From positions 1 to 54,111 of IMG/VR virus record IMGVR_UViG_3300020160_000355: a stretch of 54,111 nt of DNA; one strand, 5' to 3'. Of this stretch, positions 46,932 through 54,111 are shown piece after piece. This DNA comes from a virus. Lineage: Duplodnaviria > Caudoviricetes. The notes under the pieces were generated by a model. It made no database searches. It was not told where the DNA came from and saw only the letters and a list, made by a program, of their open reading frames with translations. Position 1 is the first letter of the stretch. Each line of letters begins with the position of its first letter. A program made the translations under genes and the position numbers.

Positions 46932-47891
46932 TTAGTAGCGGATGCGGCCCTCAGTAGTGGCGGCGTGGATATCTTTTTCGATCTGCACCGCTTCTGCCTC
47001 GTCAATCATGCCACGTCTCCACTCAGCGTAAAAAGCGTCAATATCCTGTTGAGAATAAACACGCTTGTCCACATTGGGATTCGTAGGCGCTGGCGACGTA
47101 CGCGAGCGGGTCGGTGCTACTTGACTATTAAGATTCGGACGGCTGTTCGACGGTGCTGCCGGGGCCAGTGACTTCTTGTACTGGTTAAAAATAGTGGCGG
47201 TACGGTGTGCATCTAGTGCTTCATACGCGTTTGTGAGCGCGTACTGGCGAGGCATGCCGTAGACGGGGTCCACTTCTGCTAACCAATTCAAGAAACCTTG
47301 GTCTACGTTCAGGGCTTGCCAATCTGGTACTGCGGTCGCCAAAGCGCTTTCGTAGCGGTCCTTGTCAGACACTACTTGGCGTTCAGTCACATTACCTAGC
47401 TTGCCCTTTAGTTCGGCGATCTCTGCGGTTAACTGGGCTTCTAACTGGCGGCTGCCGGCTAGCTTTGCTTCAGTTGCACGCTCAATCAAGTCGATCAAGT
47501 CGGAGCCAAATGCTTCTTTGTCTTGTTCAGTGATTAGAGACGGAGTCGATGCCGGAACAGGTTGAGCTTGAACTGCTTTGGCTGTTGCGAGGTCTGTGGT
47601 CAGTTGGCCGATTTGGCTGTTCATCTCACGGACTTGCGCGTACAGACGTGGCACTTCAGCGTCAAACTTACCCTTCAGAGTGTGGTACTTCTGTTCCCAC
47701 GTTTCTTCGGATACCGCTGGCTTCGCTTCTGGCTCTGGCGAGACATTTTGCGGTTGTGGTTCAGGGGTGGGTTGAGGGTCTGTGGCTAAGGGTTCACCAG
47801 TGTCCGGGTTAACAGGCTGGGTTCCATTTAGCTGCGCTACAAGCGCGTCAGCATCTTCAACTTGCTGTTGAACAGCACGAGGCAATGACAT
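46932..47891 (-). CDS. capsid scaffolding protein
   Basis: Pro/Glu-rich N-terminus, coiled coils, C-terminal EGRI helix. Directly upstream of the capsid gene. Confidence 0.8.
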   Translation of the reverse strand: MSLPRAVQQQVEDADALVAQLNGTQPVNPDTGEPLATDPQPTPEPQPQNVSPEPEAKPAVSEETWEQKYHTLKGKFDAEVPRLYAQVREMNSQIGQLTTDLATAKAVQAQPVPASTPSLITEQDKEAFGSDLIDLIERATEAKLAGSRQLEAQLTAEIAELKGKLGNVTERQVVSDKDRYESALATAVPDWQALNVDQGFLNWLAEVDPVYGMPRQYALTNAYEALDAHRTATIFNQYKKSLAPAAPSNSRPNLNSQVAPTRSRTSPAPTNPNVDKRVYSQQDIDAFYAEWRRGMIDEAEAVQIEKDIHAATTEGRIRY

Positions 47892-48006
47892 CTCTATCTC
47901 CTTCGCTCCGACTACGCTGGAGGGCTCCAGTTACGGTATGCCCACTCACGCTTACGGTCAGCTACTACGGTTAAATTTTTGACTCCGAGCGCCCTTGCGG
48001 GTAAGC

Positions 48007-48243
48007 TCATTGTCTGCGGGTTTTAGCCAACAAAGTGCTACCTTCATCGACAAGGTCAAGGATTTCCTTAACCTGCAACGCCCGGCCTTGCAGCCGGAGC
48101 ATTTCATCTTTTTCTCTCGACGTACACAGGCGCGTTAGCGTGTCTGCGTGTGTCAGTTGCAAGAATTCTACCAGTGGTTGGAACTCTTGCGATTTGAGTA
48201 GTGTAAGGCAACGAGCTACGCGCTCGTCAACTCGCACTGACAT
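48007..48243 (-). CDS. conserved small protein between portal and scaffold
   Basis: LRLQGRA motif. TAATG coupling. Confidence 0.75.
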   Translation of the reverse strand: MSVRVDERVARCLTLLKSQEFQPLVEFLQLTHADTLTRLCTSREKDEMLRLQGRALQVKEILDLVDEGSTLLAKTRRQ

Positions 48244-48434
48244 TATTTGCAGAGACCGTCGGTCTTAGCGGATTCTTGAGCGACTTCTTTGCCGCCGCGC
48301 TTCAATGTACCGAAGATGCCGCCGTCTGAACCGCCGTTGCCTTGAGAGGCTGGGCCTTTAGACATGCCGTCGGTTTTGGCTGATTCTTGCTTGTACTCAG
48401 CGCTGCGCTTTTCCATTGGATTGATTGCTTGCAT
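48243..48434 (-). CDS. small protein with duplicated QESAKTDG motif
   Basis: GGAG RBS. Internal repeat. Confidence 0.7.
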   Translation of the reverse strand: MQAINPMEKRSAEYKQESAKTDGMSKGPASQGNGGSDGGIFGTLKRGGKEVAQESAKTDGLCK

Positions 48435-48459
48435 GGGATTACTCCGTTAGGTTGATGCG

Positions 48460-48487
48460 ATTATGTACAACATTCTACTGTTGTCAA
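48460..48487 (-). promoter_or_regulatory. putative sigma70 promoter for head genes
   Basis: TTGACA-N16-CATAAT on the - strand. The -35 overlaps the portal stop codon. Confidence 0.6.
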
Positions 48488-50622
48488 GAGCCAACTCCGC
48501 TCAAAGGAGCAAAATTGTTGGTGACCGGGGCTCCAGTTGCTAGTGTCGCGCCGGGTTGTGCGTTTGGTGGGGTACCACCTGCCTGTGCTTGGCCGTTCTG
48601 CTGTTCAAGCATCATCTGCTGTTGCTGGGCCGCCTGCTGTTGCTGCTGTTGGGCCATACGTGCCTTGATGATCTCCACTGGTGGCACGATGTTGTCTGGG
48701 TTCAGGTCCAGAGTCTTAGCGGCTTGGCGCAACAGTTCTGCGATGCCTTCGACACCGACGATCTGCTGAGTGAGCGGGTTTGACAACGCGATCTGCAAGA
48801 ACTGGTTCTGACGCATCTGAGCCTGCTCTTTTACCAGCAAAGAGGTCGCGCCTCGTGCAACGATGTTCACGTCACCCTTCAAGTCTGGGTCATCACCGTA
48901 ACGCATGTTGTAAAAATACAACCGTTCGATGGCCAGACGAATGACGTTTTCGTCGATGTTTGCAATCACTTGCTTAATAGCCTTACCAGCGTTAGACATC
49001 ATCATGCTCATGCCGGAGGCTGTACGGCCAGCGCCGCCTGCTGCGCTCTCGCCGGTCATGTACTTGGGGATGCCTGTGTATTCGTCAGCCAGTGTTGAGA
49101 ACTTCTCGTACACGCTCATCAGTTCAGATGACAAGCTGGATGGCTGGAAGAATTGCATTGGGGCTTGGCCACCAGCCATTGGGTCAGACGTGACTTGCCA
49201 CACCTTCCATGGGTACATCTGTGTGATGTTCTCGCCTTGGGGCAAGCGGTCGATGTTGTAGACCACCTGCGGGCCGGAGGCGATGGACATGTTGTTCACC
49301 AGCGCACGAGCAGCGGCGTTACAGATGTCTTGAGCATCACGGCACAAGTCAGCAACAGAGTTGCCCCAGTACGCACCGGGAACTTCTTCGTAGCTCGCCT
49401 TGTAGTAAGGTTTGCGACCCAGCGGGTCTGGGTTGATGACGGCCTTGATGACCCATGTACCAATGACCCAAGCCTCGATGGGGTAGTCCATCAAAGGGTC
49501 TGGAACTTCTTCTTCGGTCATGCCCCAGTCGCGTAGCAACTGGCCCTGCACGTTGCCCCAGTACTGGAGCGCGTCAATCAACTGCGATGGGTTCTGTTGC
49601 ACGCCCATAGTTGACTTGCCCTCAGCCGCAGCCTTGTTCATGTCAACGTAAATCCAGTCGCGCAAGCCGCCCTTGCCGTACTCTTCGAGCACCATGCGGA
49701 TAGCGCCGTCGCTGTAACCTTCCACACCAATCAGTGCTTGCAGGTCAGCGCGTGCGAGTTTGTGTCGTTCGATGAGCGCACCGTCGTCAACAGTAGATGC
49801 GTCAGCTGCTGGGTAAATGTTGAATGGGTCAACACGTTCCCACTCTAAGCACAGCTCATCTTTCACAGCCAGCTCGTACTGGCCATCCGCAGTTGGAGTC
49901 CACTGCATCTTAGGGCGCTTGCGGACCACTGGGCCTTTTATGAACGCGGAAGGGAATGTTGTGATGTCATCGAGAAAGTCGCTGAACGCTTGGGCCCAGT
50001 TACCTTCTTGTAGCTGGTCAGTCATCTTGACTTCCATACGCTCAGCCGTGCGGCCGGCCATATCTTTCAAGTGTGACATTGCCATATCCTTCATTTCAAG
50101 CAAGCGCTCGCGCACTTGTTGGTCTGTAGGTGGCGTGCCAGCTGCGTACAGCTGCATCACTTCTTGCTGGGCCTGCTGCATGATGGATTCGACCTGACTT
50201 GGGGGTAGGTCAGGAATCGCACCGGGCTTGATGGTCCAAGGCTTCTCATCAGAAGCAGTTATTAACGTGTCGCGCAACCAGCTCGATGCAGCACGGCATT
50301 TGTTCGATGTCAACATCATGTAGATGGTGGAACTGCCTTGCTCCCGAAGCTGAGCGAGCTTATCGGGGTCGTATTCGCCGCGACGAGCGCGGACGGATTT
50401 GAGCATTTTGATTTCTGAAGTCTGCTGCTTCGCCATCATGGAGCTCATCCATGTCTTGCGAATAAAGCCGGCTAGAGCCTGAACCACAGGTTGTGCGTTC
50501 TGCTGTTGCGCTTTTGTGCGCTGCTCTTCTTGTAGCGCCTTCAGAGATTTAATCGTGACCATACCACCCGTGGTAACAGTACCCGGGGCGTTCGTATTGG
50601 TAATGTTCAAGCCAAGTTGCAT
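48484..50622 (-). CDS. portal protein
   Basis: 712 aa following TerL. ERVDPFNIYP, GRTASGMSM, Gln-rich C-terminal barrel. Confidence 0.92.
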   Translation of the reverse strand: MQLGLNITNTNAPGTVTTGGMVTIKSLKALQEEQRTKAQQQNAQPVVQALAGFIRKTWMSSMMAKQQTSEIKMLKSVRARRGEYDPDKLAQLREQGSSTIYMMLTSNKCRAASSWLRDTLITASDEKPWTIKPGAIPDLPPSQVESIMQQAQQEVMQLYAAGTPPTDQQVRERLLEMKDMAMSHLKDMAGRTAERMEVKMTDQLQEGNWAQAFSDFLDDITTFPSAFIKGPVVRKRPKMQWTPTADGQYELAVKDELCLEWERVDPFNIYPAADASTVDDGALIERHKLARADLQALIGVEGYSDGAIRMVLEEYGKGGLRDWIYVDMNKAAAEGKSTMGVQQNPSQLIDALQYWGNVQGQLLRDWGMTEEEVPDPLMDYPIEAWVIGTWVIKAVINPDPLGRKPYYKASYEEVPGAYWGNSVADLCRDAQDICNAAARALVNNMSIASGPQVVYNIDRLPQGENITQMYPWKVWQVTSDPMAGGQAPMQFFQPSSLSSELMSVYEKFSTLADEYTGIPKYMTGESAAGGAGRTASGMSMMMSNAGKAIKQVIANIDENVIRLAIERLYFYNMRYGDDPDLKGDVNIVARGATSLLVKEQAQMRQNQFLQIALSNPLTQQIVGVEGIAELLRQAAKTLDLNPDNIVPPVEIIKARMAQQQQQQAAQQQQMMLEQQNGQAQAGGTPPNAQPGATLATGAPVTNNFAPLSGVGS

Positions 50623-50670
50623 ATGTGCGTCACTTTGTGCGGTGGGATGTACTATGGCACGATCTCAGCA

Positions 50671-52071
50671 TCAGGTCCACACGTAGTTGGATTTCTGTAC
50701 TGTGACTGCCTTGCGGCCCCAAGCATCGCCTGTGACGTTTCCATCAGCGTGCAGACACGCGTACTGATGGGCATCTGCAATGTGGGAGTGTGAGTTTTTC
50801 TCGGGCTTATCGTCCGTCTCACCATTCTGACGGATTTTATACCTATATCCGCCTCGGAGTGCAGCAATTAATTTTGTACAGCTTGGGTCGATCAAATGAC
50901 CGGGCTTACCGTCTACTGTTCGAGTGAGCATCGAATCGACTGCGTTAACTCGCGCCACCACGCTGTTCGTACGCGCTGGGATGACTCGAAACCCCTCTTG
51001 TTTGAGGATATCGAACACCGACCGCTCGTCAGTCTGCGCCCGCTGTTGGCCGGCAGGGTCACCAATAATAAGCACGTTCATGCCCGGAAAACGGTTAGCC
51101 AGCAACGGTTTGAGCTTCTCGCGGCAGAACCGCAGCGTGCCCATACCCTCTGAGGTCAGGTCAGCAAAAGTCAGCAATCGACCCTGCGCGTCAACTTGGT
51201 TGATCGTGCATGCAGGTGTAAGCCCGAAGTCCATCCCAATGATGAGCGGGTGGGTCTGGAGCTTGATATGGTTCAGAGTCTTCTCTGCCACATGTGTCTC
51301 TTTGTCAAACGCTCGGAACACCGGCTGGCCTGAGAGCGAACGTCCGAACTTACCGTGTACGTAGACGTCAATCCAGTCTTCGGACTTGCCTTCGCACAAG
51401 TTCTCGTAGTAGCCGTCAGGCAGGAACTGTACCCAGTCCGCTTCCTGCGCCAAGCCACTAGGCTGCATCGTGACGTGCATGTTGTCAGGCGGGTCGTTCA
51501 GTAAGGTTTCCCAGAACGTATCAGCGTCCGGCGGGTTGGTAGCGCCCCACACCTTGTGAATCTGCTTGCCGTTGTCATCGCAAGCACCCACACCGTTCAT
51601 CGTCTTATCGGGATAGCGACCAAGACGACCAGTAAGAGCGTTGTAAATGTCAGGGTTGATCTCTCGAAACTCGTCCATGACGCCAAAGGTGAGCTGGAGG
51701 GACAAAAGACGTCGAGCATCATTAGCATCGTCCAGACCACGAAATAGGACTTCGCACTCCACATCATCAAACTTAAGCAGAAACTTAGAGTTCGTTTTCT
51801 CCAATATGCCAGCTTCTCCATCTGGATACCATTTCAAAAAGTCCGGGATGGTGGTGTCCCACAGCATCTGACGGGTGTTACGAATAACAGCACAGCGCGA
51901 ACGACGGATGCCGTCCGGCCCTGCCTTGATACGTGCAGCCTCGTAGCCGATCTTAATCAACGACGCGGTTGTCTTGGTAGAACCCACCGGGCCCACGATG
52001 AAGTTCGCGAACTTGTCCGATGTCAGGAATGGGACCACCGACAGGGGTGGTGTGTAGACAAGGTTAGCCAT
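50671..52071 (-). CDS. terL: terminase large subunit
   Basis: Walker A GPVGSTKT, Walker B GVMDE, nuclease motifs GMDFG, GDPAG, HIADAHQY. Confidence 0.95.
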   Translation of the reverse strand: MANLVYTPPLSVVPFLTSDKFANFIVGPVGSTKTTASLIKIGYEAARIKAGPDGIRRSRCAVIRNTRQMLWDTTIPDFLKWYPDGEAGILEKTNSKFLLKFDDVECEVLFRGLDDANDARRLLSLQLTFGVMDEFREINPDIYNALTGRLGRYPDKTMNGVGACDDNGKQIHKVWGATNPPDADTFWETLLNDPPDNMHVTMQPSGLAQEADWVQFLPDGYYENLCEGKSEDWIDVYVHGKFGRSLSGQPVFRAFDKETHVAEKTLNHIKLQTHPLIIGMDFGLTPACTINQVDAQGRLLTFADLTSEGMGTLRFCREKLKPLLANRFPGMNVLIIGDPAGQQRAQTDERSVFDILKQEGFRVIPARTNSVVARVNAVDSMLTRTVDGKPGHLIDPSCTKLIAALRGGYRYKIRQNGETDDKPEKNSHSHIADAHQYACLHADGNVTGDAWGRKAVTVQKSNYVWT

Positions 52072-52555
52072 CTATGGTGATCGGAGTTGGGCCGGGGGCC
52101 TGTGGGATGTTGATGGTGATAGAAAACTTTGGCGCAGAAGCTATAGACGTGTCGACTGCCTTTTTGTCAGGCTTCAAGCCGGCTACATCCACGAGTGAGT
52201 TGAACACACTCAGCTTCTGCATGATTGACGTGTCGTTGGCGATGGCCTGTTTGAACATCTGGCTCATCATCTCTTCAGCCATCAGACCAGCCTTGAGCCG
52301 GAACGTCATGCCATTACGCTCAAACTCAGCGCGCTGGTTCTGAACTGCATGGATGAACGGTGGCCACTGCTGTAAGCGCTCCCACTTCTCGCCACTGAAA
52401 CCAAAGCGAGCTGCTACGTCGGTCGGATTCTCCAGCCCCGCAGCGCACTCCCACACCAACTGGGGCGGGATGTCTAGGGTGACATGAGGTTCACTGGCTT
52501 GAGGTGAGAGCGCGAACTCTTGGTGGTCTGCGAAGTGGTCGAGGTCGTTACTCAT
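52064..52555 (-). CDS. terS: terminase small subunit
   Basis: Directly upstream of and overlapping terL. HTH-like N-terminus, FSITINI C-terminal strand. Confidence 0.7.
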   Translation of the reverse strand: MSNDLDHFADHQEFALSPQASEPHVTLDIPPQLVWECAAGLENPTDVAARFGFSGEKWERLQQWPPFIHAVQNQRAEFERNGMTFRLKAGLMAEEMMSQMFKQAIANDTSIMQKLSVFNSLVDVAGLKPDKKAVDTSIASAPKFSITINIPQAPGPTPITIDG

Positions 52556-52679
52556 ACTTCTTCAACCCGTCGGTCAGGATGCGTCGAATCAGTTCAGACA
52601 TGGTCAGCCCAGTGCGCTCCGCTTCTTTGCGCAGTGCATCCACGACCTGTTCGGGTAGGAAGAAGTTGTAGCGTTTCAT
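52548..52679 (-). CDS. ribbon-helix-helix (CopG/Arc-like) DNA-binding protein, 43 aa
   Basis: Read manually: MKRYNFFLPEQVVDALRKEAERTGLTMSELIRRILTDGLKKYE. TGATG coupling. Not in the ORF track. Confidence 0.85.
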   Translation of the reverse strand: MKRYNFFLPEQVVDALRKEAERTGLTMSELIRRILTDGLKKYE

Positions 52680-52951
52680 CAGTCGAGCTTCAAATCACTA
52701 AGGTCTGGGAGGCCGGCGTCCACTGGGGCGGCTTTAGGTTCGCGTGGTTTACGCACCTTCGGAGCTGGGGGCGGGGTTTCTTGCTTGAGGGTCAAAGCTT
52801 CCAGCTGGGGTTTGCCCTGCTCTTGGATTTTGCGCATCAGCGTGTTGACTTCATCGTATGTGTACGTCGCCTGACGAGCAGACTGGAACAGCACAAATGC
52901 CATGTCGATTTCTTGGATGGTGAGCTCTAGCTTGAGGGTAGGGGTATTCAT
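52679..52951 (-). CDS. hypothetical protein
   Basis: ORF in the late operon. Confidence 0.75.
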   Translation of the reverse strand: MNTPTLKLELTIQEIDMAFVLFQSARQATYTYDEVNTLMRKIQEQGKPQLEALTLKQETPPPAPKVRKPREPKAAPVDAGLPDLSDLKLD

Positions 52952-52952
52952 A

Positions 52953-53174
52953 TTATTTTTTGCCTTTTGCGTACGCAGCTGTTGAGAGCTTGCCAGATTT
53001 CAGGGCCTTGCCAGTTTTCATAGCACCTTTGCCCTCGCCTTCCATCTTCTCACCCTTTGCATACTGCGCGGGGGTGATCTTGCCGGACTTGACGGCTTTA
53101 GCTTCTTTGCGTTCTTCGGCTGGAGTGTCCTTGCCTTTGAACAGATTCTTCAGTGCTGGTTTGGGAATTGCCAT
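52953..53174 (-). CDS. small Lys-rich basic protein
   Basis: AAGGAG RBS before MAIPKP. Duplicated KA[VL]KSGK[IL]...YAKG motif. Confidence 0.75.
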   Translation of the reverse strand: MAIPKPALKNLFKGKDTPAEERKEAKAVKSGKITPAQYAKGEKMEGEGKGAMKTGKALKSGKLSTAAYAKGKK

Positions 53175-53201
53175 TTGGTGCTCCTTGTGAATGACGTGTG
53201 T

Positions 53202-53231
53202 ATGGTACACGGGAATAAGTATTCAATGCAA
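53202..53231 (-). promoter_or_regulatory. putative late-operon promoter
   Basis: TTGCAT-N18-TACCAT on the - strand. Confidence 0.45.
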
Positions 53232-53449
53232 CTTTTTAGGTTTACAACGTGTGGCGAATGTGTGTATGTACTAAAAAACGACCTTTGTTGCGTGTGCGAT
53301 ACGTAAAACAGGCGGGGGGTCCCTCGTGTCCGTGTCCCTCCCCCCACCCCTACCCCGTTGTATTGTTGAAACCTCTAGTGGGTAGTAAGCAAGACAACGA
53401 AAAGGTTGTATCGCTGAAACCCCTTGTGAGGGTATCGCCCCTCGCTGAA

Positions 53450-53464
53450 TGTTCCTTAAAAACT
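53450..53464 (+). promoter_or_regulatory. boxA-like antitermination motif 1
   Basis: TGTTCCTTAAAAACT resembles rrn boxA TGCTCTTTAACA. Confidence 0.5.
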
Positions 53465-53548
53465 GATTGTCTGAATGTTTGCTTACGGCTTCGTGTCGTG
53501 GCGGGCGGTTTCGAGCCGCAATAACGGGTAGGTCAATCGGTGGAGCAA

Positions 53549-53563
53549 TGTCTTTAAAAATTT
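53549..53563 (+). promoter_or_regulatory. boxA-like antitermination motif 2
   Basis: TGTCTTTAAAAATTT, just upstream of the candidate ncRNA. Confidence 0.5.
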
Positions 53564-53576
53564 GAATTTGAATCCT

Positions 53577-53950
53577 TGGGGCTTACAACCCGAGACGGGT
53601 ACGAAGTAGACGAAGATACCCTGACAGCATTGATTGTGTCCGTGCGCCTAGTGGAATAGGTGCTTAGGGCTAGGCTCTGTTGTGCGAATGAGCAGTATGA
53701 ATCCCATGCCATTGTGCGAGTAGATTGGCGACAGTAGTGTCGTATTGAAACCACAAATTAGCGTATGGCGGCAACTCGGAAGGCGCGCACCACAACCTAG
53801 ACCACCGACAATCTTACGCAACACGCTTCAGCGGTGCGAGACCGTGGAGTGGAGTCGAATCTAATGGAAAGACATTAGTCAGTAGCGCCGACTGTAAAAC
53901 GGGCGATGAGGTGGCAACCCTAGTACCGAGAACAGAAAACCTAGGCTCCA
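53577..53950 (+). ncRNA. candidate large structured ncRNA (~370 nt)
   Basis: Closing helix 53577-85/53942-50 plus many nested helices with G-U pairs on the + strand. No credible ORF. Confidence 0.6.
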
Positions 53951-53985
53951 GCCCGCTAGGTTATGAGACTAGCGGGCTTTATTGT
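53950..53985 (+). terminator. terminator-like hairpin after the candidate ncRNA
   Basis: Perfect 10-bp stem AGCCCGCTAG/CTAGCGGGCT followed by TTATTGT. Confidence 0.6.
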
Positions 53986-54037
53986 GTGTATTCAATCCCG
54001 AGTGCATACAACGAAGCTAACTAACTGGAGAATTTTC

Positions 54038-54111
54038 ATGAACGCAATCGACACAATCACTTTCGCCCCTGCAATCATCAATGTTGAGGGCAAAACCGCG
54101 ACTGAGCGCAA
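54038..54111 (+). CDS. first early gene, truncated by the window end
   Basis: GGAG RBS, then ATG and MNAIDTITFAPAIINVEGKTATER, open to the end. Confidence 0.7.
   Translation, partial: MNAIDTITFAPAIINVEGKTATER

Larger units (their letters stand above)
1..54111. mobile_element. Tailed dsDNA bacteriophage genome (podovirus-type), near-complete
   Basis: Terminase, portal, capsid, tail, lysis and replication modules are all present. Two oppositely oriented arms, no host housekeeping genes. Confidence 0.97.

Noticed and set aside
53249-53754. ORFs 53249-53524 (+) and 53554-53754 (-) in the control region
   Set aside because: No RBS, atypical composition, and they cross homopolymer tracts and RNA helices.
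53642-53950. Group II intron (GTGCGCC 5'-like start)
   Set aside because: No domain V (AGC/CGC triad hairpin) or domain VI downstream, no RT ORF, and no interrupted gene.
53868-53950. Group I intron S element (AAGACATTAGTC) or RNase P-like 3' motif (AACAGAA...GGCT)
   Set aside because: No matching upstream R element or GAGGAAAGTC P4 strand was found. Short similarity only.
54038-54111. Window ends join to form a complete circular genome
   Set aside because: No terminal overlap was seen. Joining gives only a 33-aa ORF, whereas the frame coupled to the first gene (TGATG at 31-35) is a different one, so some early-region sequence is probably missing.
1-54111. Prophage/temperate module, tRNA genes, DGR or retron
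   Set aside because: No integrase, CI-like repressor, att site, cloverleaf with T-loop or reverse transcriptase was recognised. Lifestyle remains undetermined because the genome may be incomplete.

Overview
The window is a nearly complete, gene-dense genome of a tailed dsDNA phage with a podovirus-type virion module. The host is probably Gram-negative, inferred from the spanins. There are two arms. The + strand arm (1-20004) carries early and replication genes: a MoxR-type AAA ATPase, a DUF3150-like protein, a HExxH/vWA protein, many small ORFs, Nmad5- and DUF3310-like proteins, a family-A DNA polymerase, a Cas4-like exonuclease, VRR-NUC, HNH, an SNF2 helicase, an SSB-like protein and an AEP primase-DUF927 helicase. 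The - strand arm (53174 to 20066) carries late genes: an RHH regulator, TerS/TerL, portal, scaffold, capsid, adaptors, tail fibres and adhesin, an expanded lysis cassette with a GH19 endolysin, and an ejection module. That module contains a GNAT, a PAPS-reductase-family gene and a 3093-aa polyvalent protein. The arms converge at a terminator near 20050 and diverge from an ~860-bp non-coding region (53175-54037). No integrase, tRNA, CRISPR array or reverse transcriptase was recognised. The most striking unexplained feature is in the divergence region: two boxA-like motifs precede a ~370-nt, densely base-paired candidate ncRNA closed by a tRNA-Ala/tmRNA-like acceptor stem. All product calls come from motif recognition by eye, and no database searches were run.
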